Positions 45,858 to 54,225 of a DNA stretch of 64,000 nucleotides are shown here, piece after piece. The stretch spans positions 537,678 to 601,677 of the forward strand of contig CAVUUS010000003.1 in NCBI GenBank assembly GCA_963744755.1. Reading direction: 5' to 3'. The translations under genes and the position numbers were made by a program. The notes below the pieces were generated by a model, which saw nothing but the letters and a program-made list of their open reading frames with translations, searched no databases and was not told where the DNA came from. The stretch's first letter is position 1; the number at the start of each line of letters is the position of its first letter. This DNA comes from an uncultured Solirubrobacterales bacterium (GTDB lineage: Bacteria > Actinomycetota > Thermoleophilia > Solirubrobacterales > Solirubrobacteraceae).

Positions 45858-46286
45858 CTACTGCCCGTGCAGCCACCAGTGCTCCTCGACGACGAAGCTT
45901 GAGAACCGGACGCTTTGGCGGCAGCGCGCCTGAACGAAATCGCTGCCGCGCTCCGTCATCCGGCACGTGTAGGTCCCGTATTTACGGGTGTGCACTTTGA
46001 ACGTGTGGCTCTGGCCGCCGGGGACGCCCGGTGGTGGCGGCGGCGGATAGTCTGCGACGGGCAGGCCACGCTCGTACGCGTCCGAGGTCGCGCTCGCGAT
46101 CCGGGCGGCAGCGCCGCACGAGAGATGGTGGTAGCGGTAGACGGTGACGCGCCGGTCATACACGGGCAGGGCGAGGTCACGGTAGCGTCGAACGCACTTC
46201 GCGCTCGCGTCGGCCGCGCCGCCGAACACGCCCAACAGCACCCCGACCGTGACGCTCGCCGTCACGAGCACACGCGTCCGACTCAT
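45858..46286 (-). CDS. small secreted 4-Cys motif protein
   Basis: Signal peptide. RBS aggagg. Same Cys pattern (C..LSCGAAARIA...TYTC...ARCRQSVRF). Confidence 0.55.
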   Translation of the reverse strand: MSRTRVLVTASVTVGVLLGVFGGAADASAKCVRRYRDLALPVYDRRVTVYRYHHLSCGAAARIASATSDAYERGLPVADYPPPPPPGVPGGQSHTFKVHTRKYGTYTCRMTERGSDFVQARCRQSVRFSSFVVEEHWWLHGQ

Positions 46287-46769
46287 CGCGCCCCTCCTGT
46301 TCTGACCGTACGATCCCAGGGACGCAGTGTCTCAACGAGACTATACGAACGCAACCTCGTTGACGAGCCGACTTCCGAACCGGTGACGTGGCCGCGCGAT
46401 CGCTTTCATCGTGGGCAGCGTAGACGGCTGACGACGGCTTCGGCGACGAAGCGCTCGCCCGACAAGACCTCAGCGTCGCCAAGACCAGGGCGCGCGAAAC
46501 GGACCTTCAAACACTCCTGTTCGTCCAACGCGCAGACCGTTGCCCGCCGCCGTTGCCCGCTCGGCACAGACGCGGGATAACGAGTGCCGGCGGAAGTGGC
46601 CGTTCACCTACGGATGGGCTGGCGCAGCCGTCATGGCTGATGATCTAGCACCTACCGCAGGTGTGCCTCGGAGTCGAGGCTGCCCGGCACGGTTGCCCAA
46701 GCCTGGGTCCGGCGCCCACGGAGACCTGGCGGGACGTCGAGCCCAGCGGCGGCCGACTCGTCCGTGGAA

Positions 46770-46842
46770 TACCCCCAGCCGGACTCGAACCGGCGATCTC
46801 CTGCGTGAAAGGCAGGCGTCCTAACCGCTAGACCATGGGGGC
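46770..46842 (-). tRNA. tRNA-Glu (anticodon TTC)
   Basis: Manual cloverleaf: GCCCCCA acceptor, GTCT-AGCGGTTA-GGAC D arm, CCTGC-CTTTCAC-GCAGG anticodon arm, GCCGG-TTCGAGT-CCGGC T arm. Confidence 0.9.
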
Positions 46843-46886
46843 GTGTTGGGGTCATTGTAAGAGCGGGACGCCTATAGGCTTCGTCC

Positions 46887-47372
46887 GTGCCCAGCCCCGG
46901 TCTCGAAGATTCGGATCCGGATGAGCCGGATCGTTTGTCCGACGGCCTCGCCTACGTGCGCGCGCAGGTCGGTGCCGAGCCGCGCAGCGGTTTCGCCCGG
47001 ATGCTCGGCCTGAGCGTGCAAAGCGCTGAGTTCGGCGTTGCGGTGGTTCGCGTGAGCCCGCGGGCGGAGCATCTCAACGTCGCCGGCACCGTCCACGGCG
47101 GGTTCCTGTCCGCGCTGATGGACTACGCGACCGGCCTCGCGGCCATGACCACGCTGCCGCCGGGCAATCGCGGCGTGCACGCGCAGGCCTGCTATTCGTT
47201 CCTGCGCGGGGCGCGCGCGGACCGCGGGCTCAGCTGCCGTGCGACCTGTCCGCGGACGCCCCGGGCCGTCGGTCACATCAACTGCGAGGTGCACGACGAC
47301 GCGATGGAATTGATCGCCACTGGTAGCTCGGTGATCGCTGTGGTGCCGTTCCGCGGCAGGCCCACGGCCTGA
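46887..47372 (+). CDS. PaaI-family (hotdog fold) thioesterase
   Basis: HLNVAGTVHGGFLSALMDYATGLA motif. Confidence 0.8.
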   Translation: MPSPGLEDSDPDEPDRLSDGLAYVRAQVGAEPRSGFARMLGLSVQSAEFGVAVVRVSPRAEHLNVAGTVHGGFLSALMDYATGLAAMTTLPPGNRGVHAQACYSFLRGARADRGLSCRATCPRTPRAVGHINCEVHDDAMELIATGSSVIAVVPFRGRPTA

Positions 47373-47442
47373 CCGCCGCCGGCACAGTCGCCGTGCGGTC
47401 AAGGGCAAGACGGGCCGACGTTGTCGGGAGGCGTATGGTGGA

Positions 47443-48474
47443 GTGGTGCCGCGTGCTTCCCGAGTCGAGGTCTCCGACGGCCGGCAGCGCTCGTTGCGGC
47501 CGAGTCGCCAACTGCTGGTCACCCTGCTGATCGGAGGCATTTGCGCCGGCCTGCTGGTACACGTGGCGCCACCGGGTGCCGTGCTGGCCCAGATTGGCGA
47601 AATGAGTCTGCCTTGGGTGGGGGGTGCGGTGGCGCTCGAGCTCGCGTCGTGTCTTGGGTACGTGTTCGTCTTCCGTCGCCTCTTTCCTGAGCCGGCCGGA
47701 ACGCGGGCGCGGCGGCTGGCCTGGATCGGGATGGGCGCCGGCGCGGTGCTGCCAGGCGGCAACTTCTGCTCCGCCGCGGCGACCGGATGGTTGCTGCGCA
47801 AGAGCGGATTGACTCGGGACCAGCTCCTGACTCGCTGCGCGACGCTGGTGTCGCTGTTCATCGCGGTCAACCTGGTGGCGGCGGTTACCGTCGGGTTGTT
47901 GCTGCTGATACGCCTGGCCCCGGGACCGCACGACCTCGAGCACACCCTGTTGCCGACCGCGGTCTGCGGCGGCCTGCTCTTCCTCATGTGGGCTTGCGGT
48001 GCGCTGATCCGCGCGCGGGGGAAGCGTGCCCCGCGCATGCTGCGGGCGATCGGCGAAGGCATCGACGGGGCCTGGGAGGCGATCGGCGGAGCGCACTGGA
48101 GACTGCTCGGAGCCGCTGGCTACGTCTGCCTTGACATGGCCGCGCTGTGGGCGGCGTGCGCGGCAACCGGCCATCCGGTCGGCTTTCCCGCCGTGGTCCT
48201 GGCGTATGAGATCGGCTATTTGGCCACGCTCATCCCGATGCCGGCCGGCATCGGGGTGCTCGACACCGGGCTGGTGGCGTCGCTGGTGCTCTACGGCGCC
48301 CGGCCCGCCGCCGCAGTCAGTGCCGTGCTGGTCTACCACGCGGTCGCGATCTGGGTCCCCGGCCTCGGCGGCCTGGCGGCGTGGCTACCGGTCCGCCGCG
48401 AGCGCCGTTCGACCCCCGACGGAGTCGGGCTCGGCATCCTCGTCGGCACTGCCGAGCGGCAGCCCGTCACCTAG
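47443..48474 (+). CDS. flippase-like / lysylphosphatidylglycerol-synthase TM-region (UPF0104) family membrane protein
   Basis: Eight or so TM helices, with C-terminal ..PAGIGVLDTGLV..LVLYG pattern. Confidence 0.7.
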   Translation: MVPRASRVEVSDGRQRSLRPSRQLLVTLLIGGICAGLLVHVAPPGAVLAQIGEMSLPWVGGAVALELASCLGYVFVFRRLFPEPAGTRARRLAWIGMGAGAVLPGGNFCSAAATGWLLRKSGLTRDQLLTRCATLVSLFIAVNLVAAVTVGLLLLIRLAPGPHDLEHTLLPTAVCGGLLFLMWACGALIRARGKRAPRMLRAIGEGIDGAWEAIGGAHWRLLGAAGYVCLDMAALWAACAATGHPVGFPAVVLAYEIGYLATLIPMPAGIGVLDTGLVASLVLYGARPAAAVSAVLVYHAVAIWVPGLGGLAAWLPVRRERRSTPDGVGLGILVGTAERQPVT

Positions 48475-48511
48475 CTCGCCGGTCGATCTGATGGCTACCG
48501 GTCGCCTGGGC

Positions 48512-48550
48512 GTGCTACATAACCCGGACTATTTGCGGGTTATGTAGCAC
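48512..48550. repeat. 39-nt palindromic element, copy 2 (GTGCTACATAACCCG-9 nt-CGGGTTATGTAGCAC, perfect arms)
   Basis: Read directly, 38 nt after the stop of the preceding gene. Confidence 0.9.
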
Positions 48551-48622
48551 GCCGCCGCGCCGCCGCGCCGCCGCGCCGTCCGCCGCCCGCCGCCCCGCCG
48601 CCCCGCCGCCCCGCCGCCTCGC
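48551..48622. repeat. near-pure G+C low-complexity tract with G-quadruplex motif on minus strand
   Basis: (gccgccgc)x3, then C-runs ccc/cccc/cccc/cccc at 48586-48612 separated by gccg. Only two T in 72 nt. Confidence 0.85.
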
Positions 48623-48670
48623 TGAAACCAGCGCCGGGATGGCCAGCCCCGAGCAGCGAACGTTGTCCAC

Positions 48671-48979
48671 GTGGCCCTGTCGGAAGCCCGCTACGAGCGA
48701 GAAACTCCGCCACTGCTCAAGGTACGTCACCAGCGAGGGGCCATTCCGGCGATCGCCGCCGTGTCGGCGCTGTACGGGCGGGATATCGACGCGGGACTGG
48801 AGCGGATCGAGCGCACGGTGGAGCGCGCGCGAAAGCTCGGCGCGCGCCTGATCGTCTTCCCAGAGTCGGCGCTGGGCGGCTATCTGTACGAGCCTCGGGC
48901 TGGCGAGCCGGCGTCGGCTGACGCGTCGGCGTGCGCCCGGAACAGAACATCGGGCGGTTCGCCACCGCTTGACCTCTGA
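48671..48979 (+). pseudogene. N-terminal fragment of a carbon-nitrogen hydrolase (nitrilase superfamily) gene
   Basis: IAAVSALYGRDIDAGLERIERTVERARKLGARLIVFPESALGGY matches the first ~70 residues, including the catalytic Glu context (FPE). No Lys or Cys blocks follow in any frame. Confidence 0.45.
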
Positions 48980-49230
48980 TCCAGAGCGGCTCGTCGTCAG
49001 ACCTGCGGACGAACCACGCTGTGCACCTGGTAGACCGTCACCGCCGGACGCGGGGGGCCGCCCCGCCTGCAGCCGCGGCGTTCCTCGGCAGCAGCCGCTC
49101 GGTCTCGAAGCGTGTAGGACATTCGTTTACGCCGGCCCGCCTTGGGGCTCGGTTCGATTCTCAGCCCGCCCGCGCGGGTAGCGGAGGACCGGACGTATCG
49201 CATCGCGGTACGCGAATACGAGGAGAATCA

Positions 49231-49386
49231 ATGATCACGCTGGGACTCATCCTGTTGTTGATCGGTTTGGTGGCAAAGGTCGCCATTCTCTGGACGCTGG
49301 GCATCCTGTTGCTGGTGGTCGGAGTGGTGATGGTCGCCCTCGGCTCGATGGGACGGGCGGTCGGCGGTCGGCGGCACTTCTATTAG
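49231..49386 (+). CDS. small two-TM membrane protein (GRAVGGRRHFY C-terminus)
   Basis: ATG at 49231 after aggaga. MITLGLILLLIGLVAKVAILWTLGILLLVVGVVMVALGSMGRAVGGRRHFY resembles a widespread actinobacterial small membrane protein family. Confidence 0.65.
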   Translation: MITLGLILLLIGLVAKVAILWTLGILLLVVGVVMVALGSMGRAVGGRRHFY

Positions 49387-49426
49387 CGCTGGGGGTCCGG
49401 AGCTGATCGCCCCTCGGGCGATCAGC

Positions 49427-50581
49427 TCAGATCCAGCCGCGCTCGGTGGCGATAAGCACTGCTTGGGCGCGGTCCGTCGCCCCCAGCTTGCCGTACACGT
49501 TGTGCAGGTGAGCCCGCACGGTGCTCGTCGCCAGGCCGAGGTCACTGGCGATCTGCTTGTAGACCATGCCCTGGGCCAAGCGGCGCAGGACCTCCACCTC
49601 CCGCGGGGACATCGGACAGGGGTCGATCTGACGCGGGCGAGTGCTCGACGTCGGCGACGGCAGGTCATACAGCACGGCGCGTAGCTCGGCCGGCTTGACG
49701 CCGGCCACGCGGGCCATGCTGACCAGCTCGCGTGGATTGGTGACCCCGCCGAAGGCGTAGTGGGCAAGCATGTCGGCCAGGCGCACCAGCGCGGCCTCGC
49801 CTTCGCAATCCTCGGCGTGATGGCGCTCGATCACACTGGCGATCGACCCCGGCAGCCCCCACCGCCGCGCCAAGACGCCGCCGACCAGGGCGTGATCGAC
49901 CCCGAGCTCGCGGCGCTCCCGGGCCAGACGCTCGTCGGACGTCCGGGCATCACCGAGCACCTGATTGGGATAGCCGGGGTAGGCATGAACCAGCACCAGC
50001 TTGCCGACATCGTGCAAAAGCGAGGTCACCATCAGGCGATCGCGCTGCTCATAACCGATCTCCCGGGCCAGTCGATCGGCGGCTCGTTGGGTGGCGATCG
50101 CATGCAGGCGGAAGCGCTCGGGGATCCCGTGCCAGACCGTGTTGCGCTCGAAGAAGTCCTGGGTGGGCCAGTGGCTGGCGAGGTCCCGCACCGCGTGTGG
50201 GGAAAGGATGTCCACGGCTTGAACCACGCTCTCGACGCAACCGTGAAGGTCGCCCTCGGCCCGGTTGGCCAACCGCAGCACCGCGACGGCAAGCGCGACC
50301 TCGACCTCGACCGCATCGACCACGGCGGGCTTCGCGGGTTCGCCGTCGTCGAATAGGCGTAGCACGCGATTGCGCGATTCGACCATCATCGGGAATACCT
50401 CGAGCGCCTCAAACGCGGCCGTCAGGCGTCGCCCGTGGCCCTCGTTGTGCTCGCGGACGACATATGGGTGGGTCGGAATCGTTTTCACTCCAGCAAGTCG
50501 GCTCGACCGATGCGGACGGGCCCATTCGCGCACCCGCCGCTCGACGAGCTCGCCTCTCTCACCACTACTACGGCCCGGCAC
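49427..50581 (-). CDS. HDOD domain protein fused to a C-terminal LuxR-type HTH
   Basis: HDOD signature (..LLHDVGKLVL...ERRELGVDHALVGGVLARRWGLP..I..VIERHH) and SPREVEVLRRLAQGMVYKQIASDLGLATSTVRAHL. True start uncertain. Confidence 0.8.
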   Translation of the reverse strand: MPGRSSGERGELVERRVREWARPHRSSRLAGVKTIPTHPYVVREHNEGHGRRLTAAFEALEVFPMMVESRNRVLRLFDDGEPAKPAVVDAVEVEVALAVAVLRLANRAEGDLHGCVESVVQAVDILSPHAVRDLASHWPTQDFFERNTVWHGIPERFRLHAIATQRAADRLAREIGYEQRDRLMVTSLLHDVGKLVLVHAYPGYPNQVLGDARTSDERLARERRELGVDHALVGGVLARRWGLPGSIASVIERHHAEDCEGEAALVRLADMLAHYAFGGVTNPRELVSMARVAGVKPAELRAVLYDLPSPTSSTRPRQIDPCPMSPREVEVLRRLAQGMVYKQIASDLGLATSTVRAHLHNVYGKLGATDRAQAVLIATERGWI

Positions 50582-50589
50582 GGAGGAAG

Positions 50590-52002
50590 TCAGGGCGTAC
50601 CTCCAGTGCGGAGTTCGTGTCCGGCACGCCAGCCCTTCCCGGCATCGGCCCGGTCATGCCGCGCGCGATCGCGCTTACGGGCGTCCCACTTGACGTGGCG
50701 CCTCTCGTGCTTCTTGTCCGGCTTGTGCTTCTTGTGCTTCTCGTGCTTACCGGCCCTCGACTTCTGATGCCCGTGGTTCTCATGGGCTGAACCTCGGGAC
50801 GGCCGGACCCTGGCCTGCGGCAAGGAACGCGCCTGGGCGCGCCTGGCTATGGCGGCGAAGGACGACGCGGCCGGGCGGCTGGCCGTACGCCGTCGGGCGC
50901 GTTTGGCTCGGTGCTTGGAGCTCGCGCCCGACCTCTTCGCGCGCCGGCGGCCGGCCGCGGGTCCGCCAGGACCGCCCGAGCCCGGGGGCGTCCGAGCCGC
51001 GGGGCGTCCGGGGCCAGACCGGATGGCGTGAGTCGGGGCCGAAGTGCGCGCCGGGTGCCCAGAGTGATGCAGGACCGCGGTAACGCCCGCCGCCGCGGTG
51101 GCGATCACGGCGACCCCGGTCAGCGCCTTCGCGGAGAGCGCCATGCCGACGGACTTGCCGGCGCCGGCCGCTACCGCGCCTCCGGCTCCCGCCGCTCCGT
51201 GTCCAGAGCCGACGCCGGCGATGCGGGCGAGCAACCCTGCGGCAGCGACGGCGGGCAGCGGCGCCAGCGCGCGCAGCTCGGCGGTGCGGGCGGGAATCGC
51301 CGCGGCGAATGCCGCGCACCCCGGGCAGTCGCGGAGATGGGCACGGATGCGACGGCCGCGGAGCGCGCGCCCGTCGCCGTCGGAGATGGTTCGCCGGATC
51401 TCCTCACATGCCATGGCACGGCCCTCGGAGAACTCCATCAGCGACCGCCGCGCCTCGAACACGGTTTGCTTCGCGGCACCAACCGTGATTCCCAGCGCCA
51501 GCGCCACCTCCTCGTGCGAGAGGCCGCCGAGCTCGCGCATCACCAAGGCTCCCCGCTGACGCTCGGGCAATTCGCGTAGATCCGCCATCAGCAGGTCCAG
51601 CCGGGCACGCTCTTCGGCCACGTCCGCCACCGAAGCCGTCGCTGGCTCGGAGGCCTCGGAGAGCTCGTCCTCCGAACGGCGTCGGCGCAGCAGCGAAATC
51701 GACTCGTTGTGCGCGATCCGGTAGAGCCAGGGGCGCAGGGGTGCATTGCGCTGGCCACGCCTGAGCGCGACCAACGCCCCCGTGAACGTCGCCTGCAGCG
51801 CGTCCTGTGCGTCGGCGTCGTTTCTCAGCATCGAGAGGCAATAGCGATACAGCGCCTGGTGGTAGCGCTCGTACAGAGCGGTGAACGCGCGCTCGCTGCC
51901 TCCGCCGACCAGGCGTGCCAACCGCTCGTCGCCCAGCACCGTCAGCCGCGGCGGGAACGACCGCCCGCGCGATGGCACCCGCAGGTCGGCCTGGGCTTCC
52001 AT
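50590..52002 (-). CDS. ECF sigma factor fused in frame to a zf-HC2 anti-sigma domain, TM segment and highly basic C-terminal tail
   Basis: Regions 2 and 4 occupy residues ~30-190. AHLRDCPGC (H-x3-C-x2-C; Cys codons at 51325-27 and 51316-18) follows with no intervening stop. Hydrophobic segment around residues 290-312. Confidence 0.8.
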   Translation of the reverse strand: MEAQADLRVPSRGRSFPPRLTVLGDERLARLVGGGSERAFTALYERYHQALYRYCLSMLRNDADAQDALQATFTGALVALRRGQRNAPLRPWLYRIAHNESISLLRRRRSEDELSEASEPATASVADVAEERARLDLLMADLRELPERQRGALVMRELGGLSHEEVALALGITVGAAKQTVFEARRSLMEFSEGRAMACEEIRRTISDGDGRALRGRRIRAHLRDCPGCAAFAAAIPARTAELRALAPLPAVAAAGLLARIAGVGSGHGAAGAGGAVAAGAGKSVGMALSAKALTGVAVIATAAAGVTAVLHHSGHPARTSAPTHAIRSGPGRPAARTPPGSGGPGGPAAGRRRAKRSGASSKHRAKRARRRTASRPAASSFAAIARRAQARSLPQARVRPSRGSAHENHGHQKSRAGKHEKHKKHKPDKKHERRHVKWDARKRDRARHDRADAGKGWRAGHELRTGGTP

Positions 52003-52110
52003 ACCTCACATCATCGACTACGGACCAAGCCGCGCGGAAGTCAGGATGTATGCACGCGTATGTATGGATGCGGACGCGATGGACAAAGCTGGGCGCCACG
52101 AGGTCCAGCT

Positions 52111-52383
52111 TCACGCCTGGGTCGGGCTGGCGCCGACGTGGACGACGACAACGTTGAGCGGCGTAGCGGGCTGCTGCGACTCGGGTATCGCGGAGAGGAT
52201 TGACTCCTCGGTCCCCAACGCTGCCCGCAGGTCGACCAGCCCTCCGGCCGAGTAGAAGCGCTCGTCACGGCCGACGAGGATCTGGCGCGGAAAGCCGAGC
52301 AGTTCGACGCACACGTTCAGCACGTCCGGGCTGACACCGACAAACGCGGCGGCGGCGTCCAGCTTCATCAGGGGTTCGAGCAT
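52111..52383 (-). CDS. possible small HTH protein (hypothetical)
   Basis: MKLDAAAAFVGVSPDVLNVCVELLGFP resembles excisionase/MerR-like HTH starts. Weak RBS and no strong support. Confidence 0.3.
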   Translation of the reverse strand: MLEPLMKLDAAAAFVGVSPDVLNVCVELLGFPRQILVGRDERFYSAGGLVDLRAALGTEESILSAIPESQQPATPLNVVVVHVGASPTQA

Positions 52384-52441
52384 CTCTCTCGTCCTACATA
52401 CGCGCCGCCGCGGCAAAAGTCAGGAACGACTCACGTACCCG

Positions 52442-53083
52442 ATGGGTATCGGTCTGTACCCATCGGGTATTGTCCCATCCGTGCCGGAATCCCTGGTCGC
52501 CAGCCACCCGGAGATCGCGCCGCTGCTCAGCGAGCGTCCACAGCGGGCGCGCCTCCTGGAAGCGATGGTGCGCGCTGTGGCGGAGAAGGGATACGAGGCG
52601 GCCACCGTGACCGACGCCGTGCGGCTCGCGCGCGTTTCCCGAGGCACGTTCTACGAGCTCTTCGATTCCAAGGAGGCCTGCCTGCTCGCCGGATACAGGG
52701 TCGGATACGAGGTGCTCGAGAGTCGGATCTCCGCGGCCGTCCGCGAGGCGAGGGACTGGCGCGAGGAGCTGCGGCTGGGCATCCGCGCTTACCTGCAGAC
52801 ACTCGAGCAGGACCCGCTGTTCGCGCGGGTGTACCTGATCGAGGCCGAGGTCGTGTGGGCGCAGCGCGATGAGATCCTCGATCGCTTCGCCCGCAGGTAT
52901 GCCAAGACGTTTGCCAAGTCCGGGCGGCCGACGCCGCCGCTGGAGGCGCTCTATCTGCTGGCCGTCGGCGTGCATGCGCTGGCCTGCGCGCGGGTGCGCG
53001 CGGGGAGAGGAGTGCTCGATCTCGAAGACATCCTGGTGGGCTGCGCGGTGCGGCTCGCCAGCAAGGAGGAGAAATGGACCTGA
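52442..53083 (+). CDS. TetR-family transcriptional regulator
   Basis: RARLLEAMVRAVAEKGYEAATVTDAVRLARVSRGTFYELF HTH. Overlaps the next gene by 10 nt. Confidence 0.85.
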   Translation: MGIGLYPSGIVPSVPESLVASHPEIAPLLSERPQRARLLEAMVRAVAEKGYEAATVTDAVRLARVSRGTFYELFDSKEACLLAGYRVGYEVLESRISAAVREARDWREELRLGIRAYLQTLEQDPLFARVYLIEAEVVWAQRDEILDRFARRYAKTFAKSGRPTPPLEALYLLAVGVHALACARVRAGRGVLDLEDILVGCAVRLASKEEKWT

Positions 53084-54216
53084 CTTTCAACGAGCGCGAA
53101 CTCGCCTTCCGCGACGAGCTGCGTACGTGGTTCGCCGACAACGACGCCGGGCCCGAGCCCGAGGGCGATGAGGACGCGCACGCCATCTGGCGGCGCGACT
53201 TCCAGCGGCGGCTGGCCGATGACGGCTGGGTGGCAGTCCACTGGCCGCGCGAGTACGGTGGTCGCGGCGCGACCTTGACCGAGTCGGCGATCTTCTTTGA
53301 GGAGCTCGGCCGCTCCGGGGCTCCGCTGCCGATCAACGTGCTCGGGGTGCTGCTGGCCGGACCGACGATCATGACGTGGGGAACGCCGGACCAGAAGGAC
53401 CGTTATCTCAGCCCGATCCTCACCGCCGAGGAGATCTGGTGCCAGGGCTTCTCCGAGCCCGACGCCGGCTCCGACCTCGCGAGCCTGAAGACCCGAGCGG
53501 TGAAGGACCCCGACGGAGGATGGGTGGTCACCGGGCAGAAGGTTTGGACCAGCGGCGCGCAGTACTCGAAGTGGTGCATGCTGGTGGCGCGAACCGACAC
53601 CGATGCGGCGAAGCACAAGGGACTTACGTACTTCCTGCTCGACATGGAGCAGGAGGAGGTCCAGGTCCGCCCGCTGCGCCAGATCACCGGCGAGGCGGAA
53701 TTCAACGAGCTGTTCATCGACGGAGCACGGATCCCGGACGAGAACGTGCTCGGGGGAGTTGGCAATGGCTGGAAGGTCGCGCTGACGACGCTGATGAACG
53801 AGCGCGCGGGCCTGGGGTTCTTCCTCCAGGTCCGTCTTCGCCAGATGCTCGACCGGCTGATCGAGGAGGCCGCCGCGGCGGGACTGCTTGACGACCCGAT
53901 CATCGCCGACCGCTTGGGTGACCTGCACCTGAGGACCGAGATCCTGCGCCTCACCGCCTATCGCGGACTGACCGCCATCGAGAAATACGGCCAACCCGGT
54001 CCTGAGGGCTCGCTGACCAAATGGCTGTGGTCGGACACCAACCAGCTGCTCACCCAGTTCGCCGCCGACCTGCTCGGGCCCCGGACGCTGCAGGCCGGGG
54101 ACCGGTGGGCCTACGAGTTGCTCCGCGCCCGGGGCAACTCGATCGAGGGGGGCACCACCGAGGTGCTCAAGAACATCATCGCCGAGCGCGTGCTCGGCCT
54201 CCCCAAGGCTCGTTAG
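53074..54216 (+). CDS. acyl-CoA dehydrogenase (full-length, alpha-type subunit)
   Basis: CQGFSEPDAGSD, WTSGA and C-terminal IEGGTTEVLKNIIAERVLGLP (catalytic Glu context). Confidence 0.9.
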   Translation: MDLTFNERELAFRDELRTWFADNDAGPEPEGDEDAHAIWRRDFQRRLADDGWVAVHWPREYGGRGATLTESAIFFEELGRSGAPLPINVLGVLLAGPTIMTWGTPDQKDRYLSPILTAEEIWCQGFSEPDAGSDLASLKTRAVKDPDGGWVVTGQKVWTSGAQYSKWCMLVARTDTDAAKHKGLTYFLLDMEQEEVQVRPLRQITGEAEFNELFIDGARIPDENVLGGVGNGWKVALTTLMNERAGLGFFLQVRLRQMLDRLIEEAAAAGLLDDPIIADRLGDLHLRTEILRLTAYRGLTAIEKYGQPGPEGSLTKWLWSDTNQLLTQFAADLLGPRTLQAGDRWAYELLRARGNSIEGGTTEVLKNIIAERVLGLPKAR

Positions 54217-54225
54217 GAGGCGGCT

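Noticed and set aside
52030-52075. GTATG/GGATG direct repeats (aggatgtatgcacgcgtatgtatggatg) upstream of the sigma-ZAS gene as an ECF promoter or operator
   Set aside because: There is no GGAAC/CGT-type ECF promoter spacing, and the repeats are short. I note it only as an AT-richer patch.
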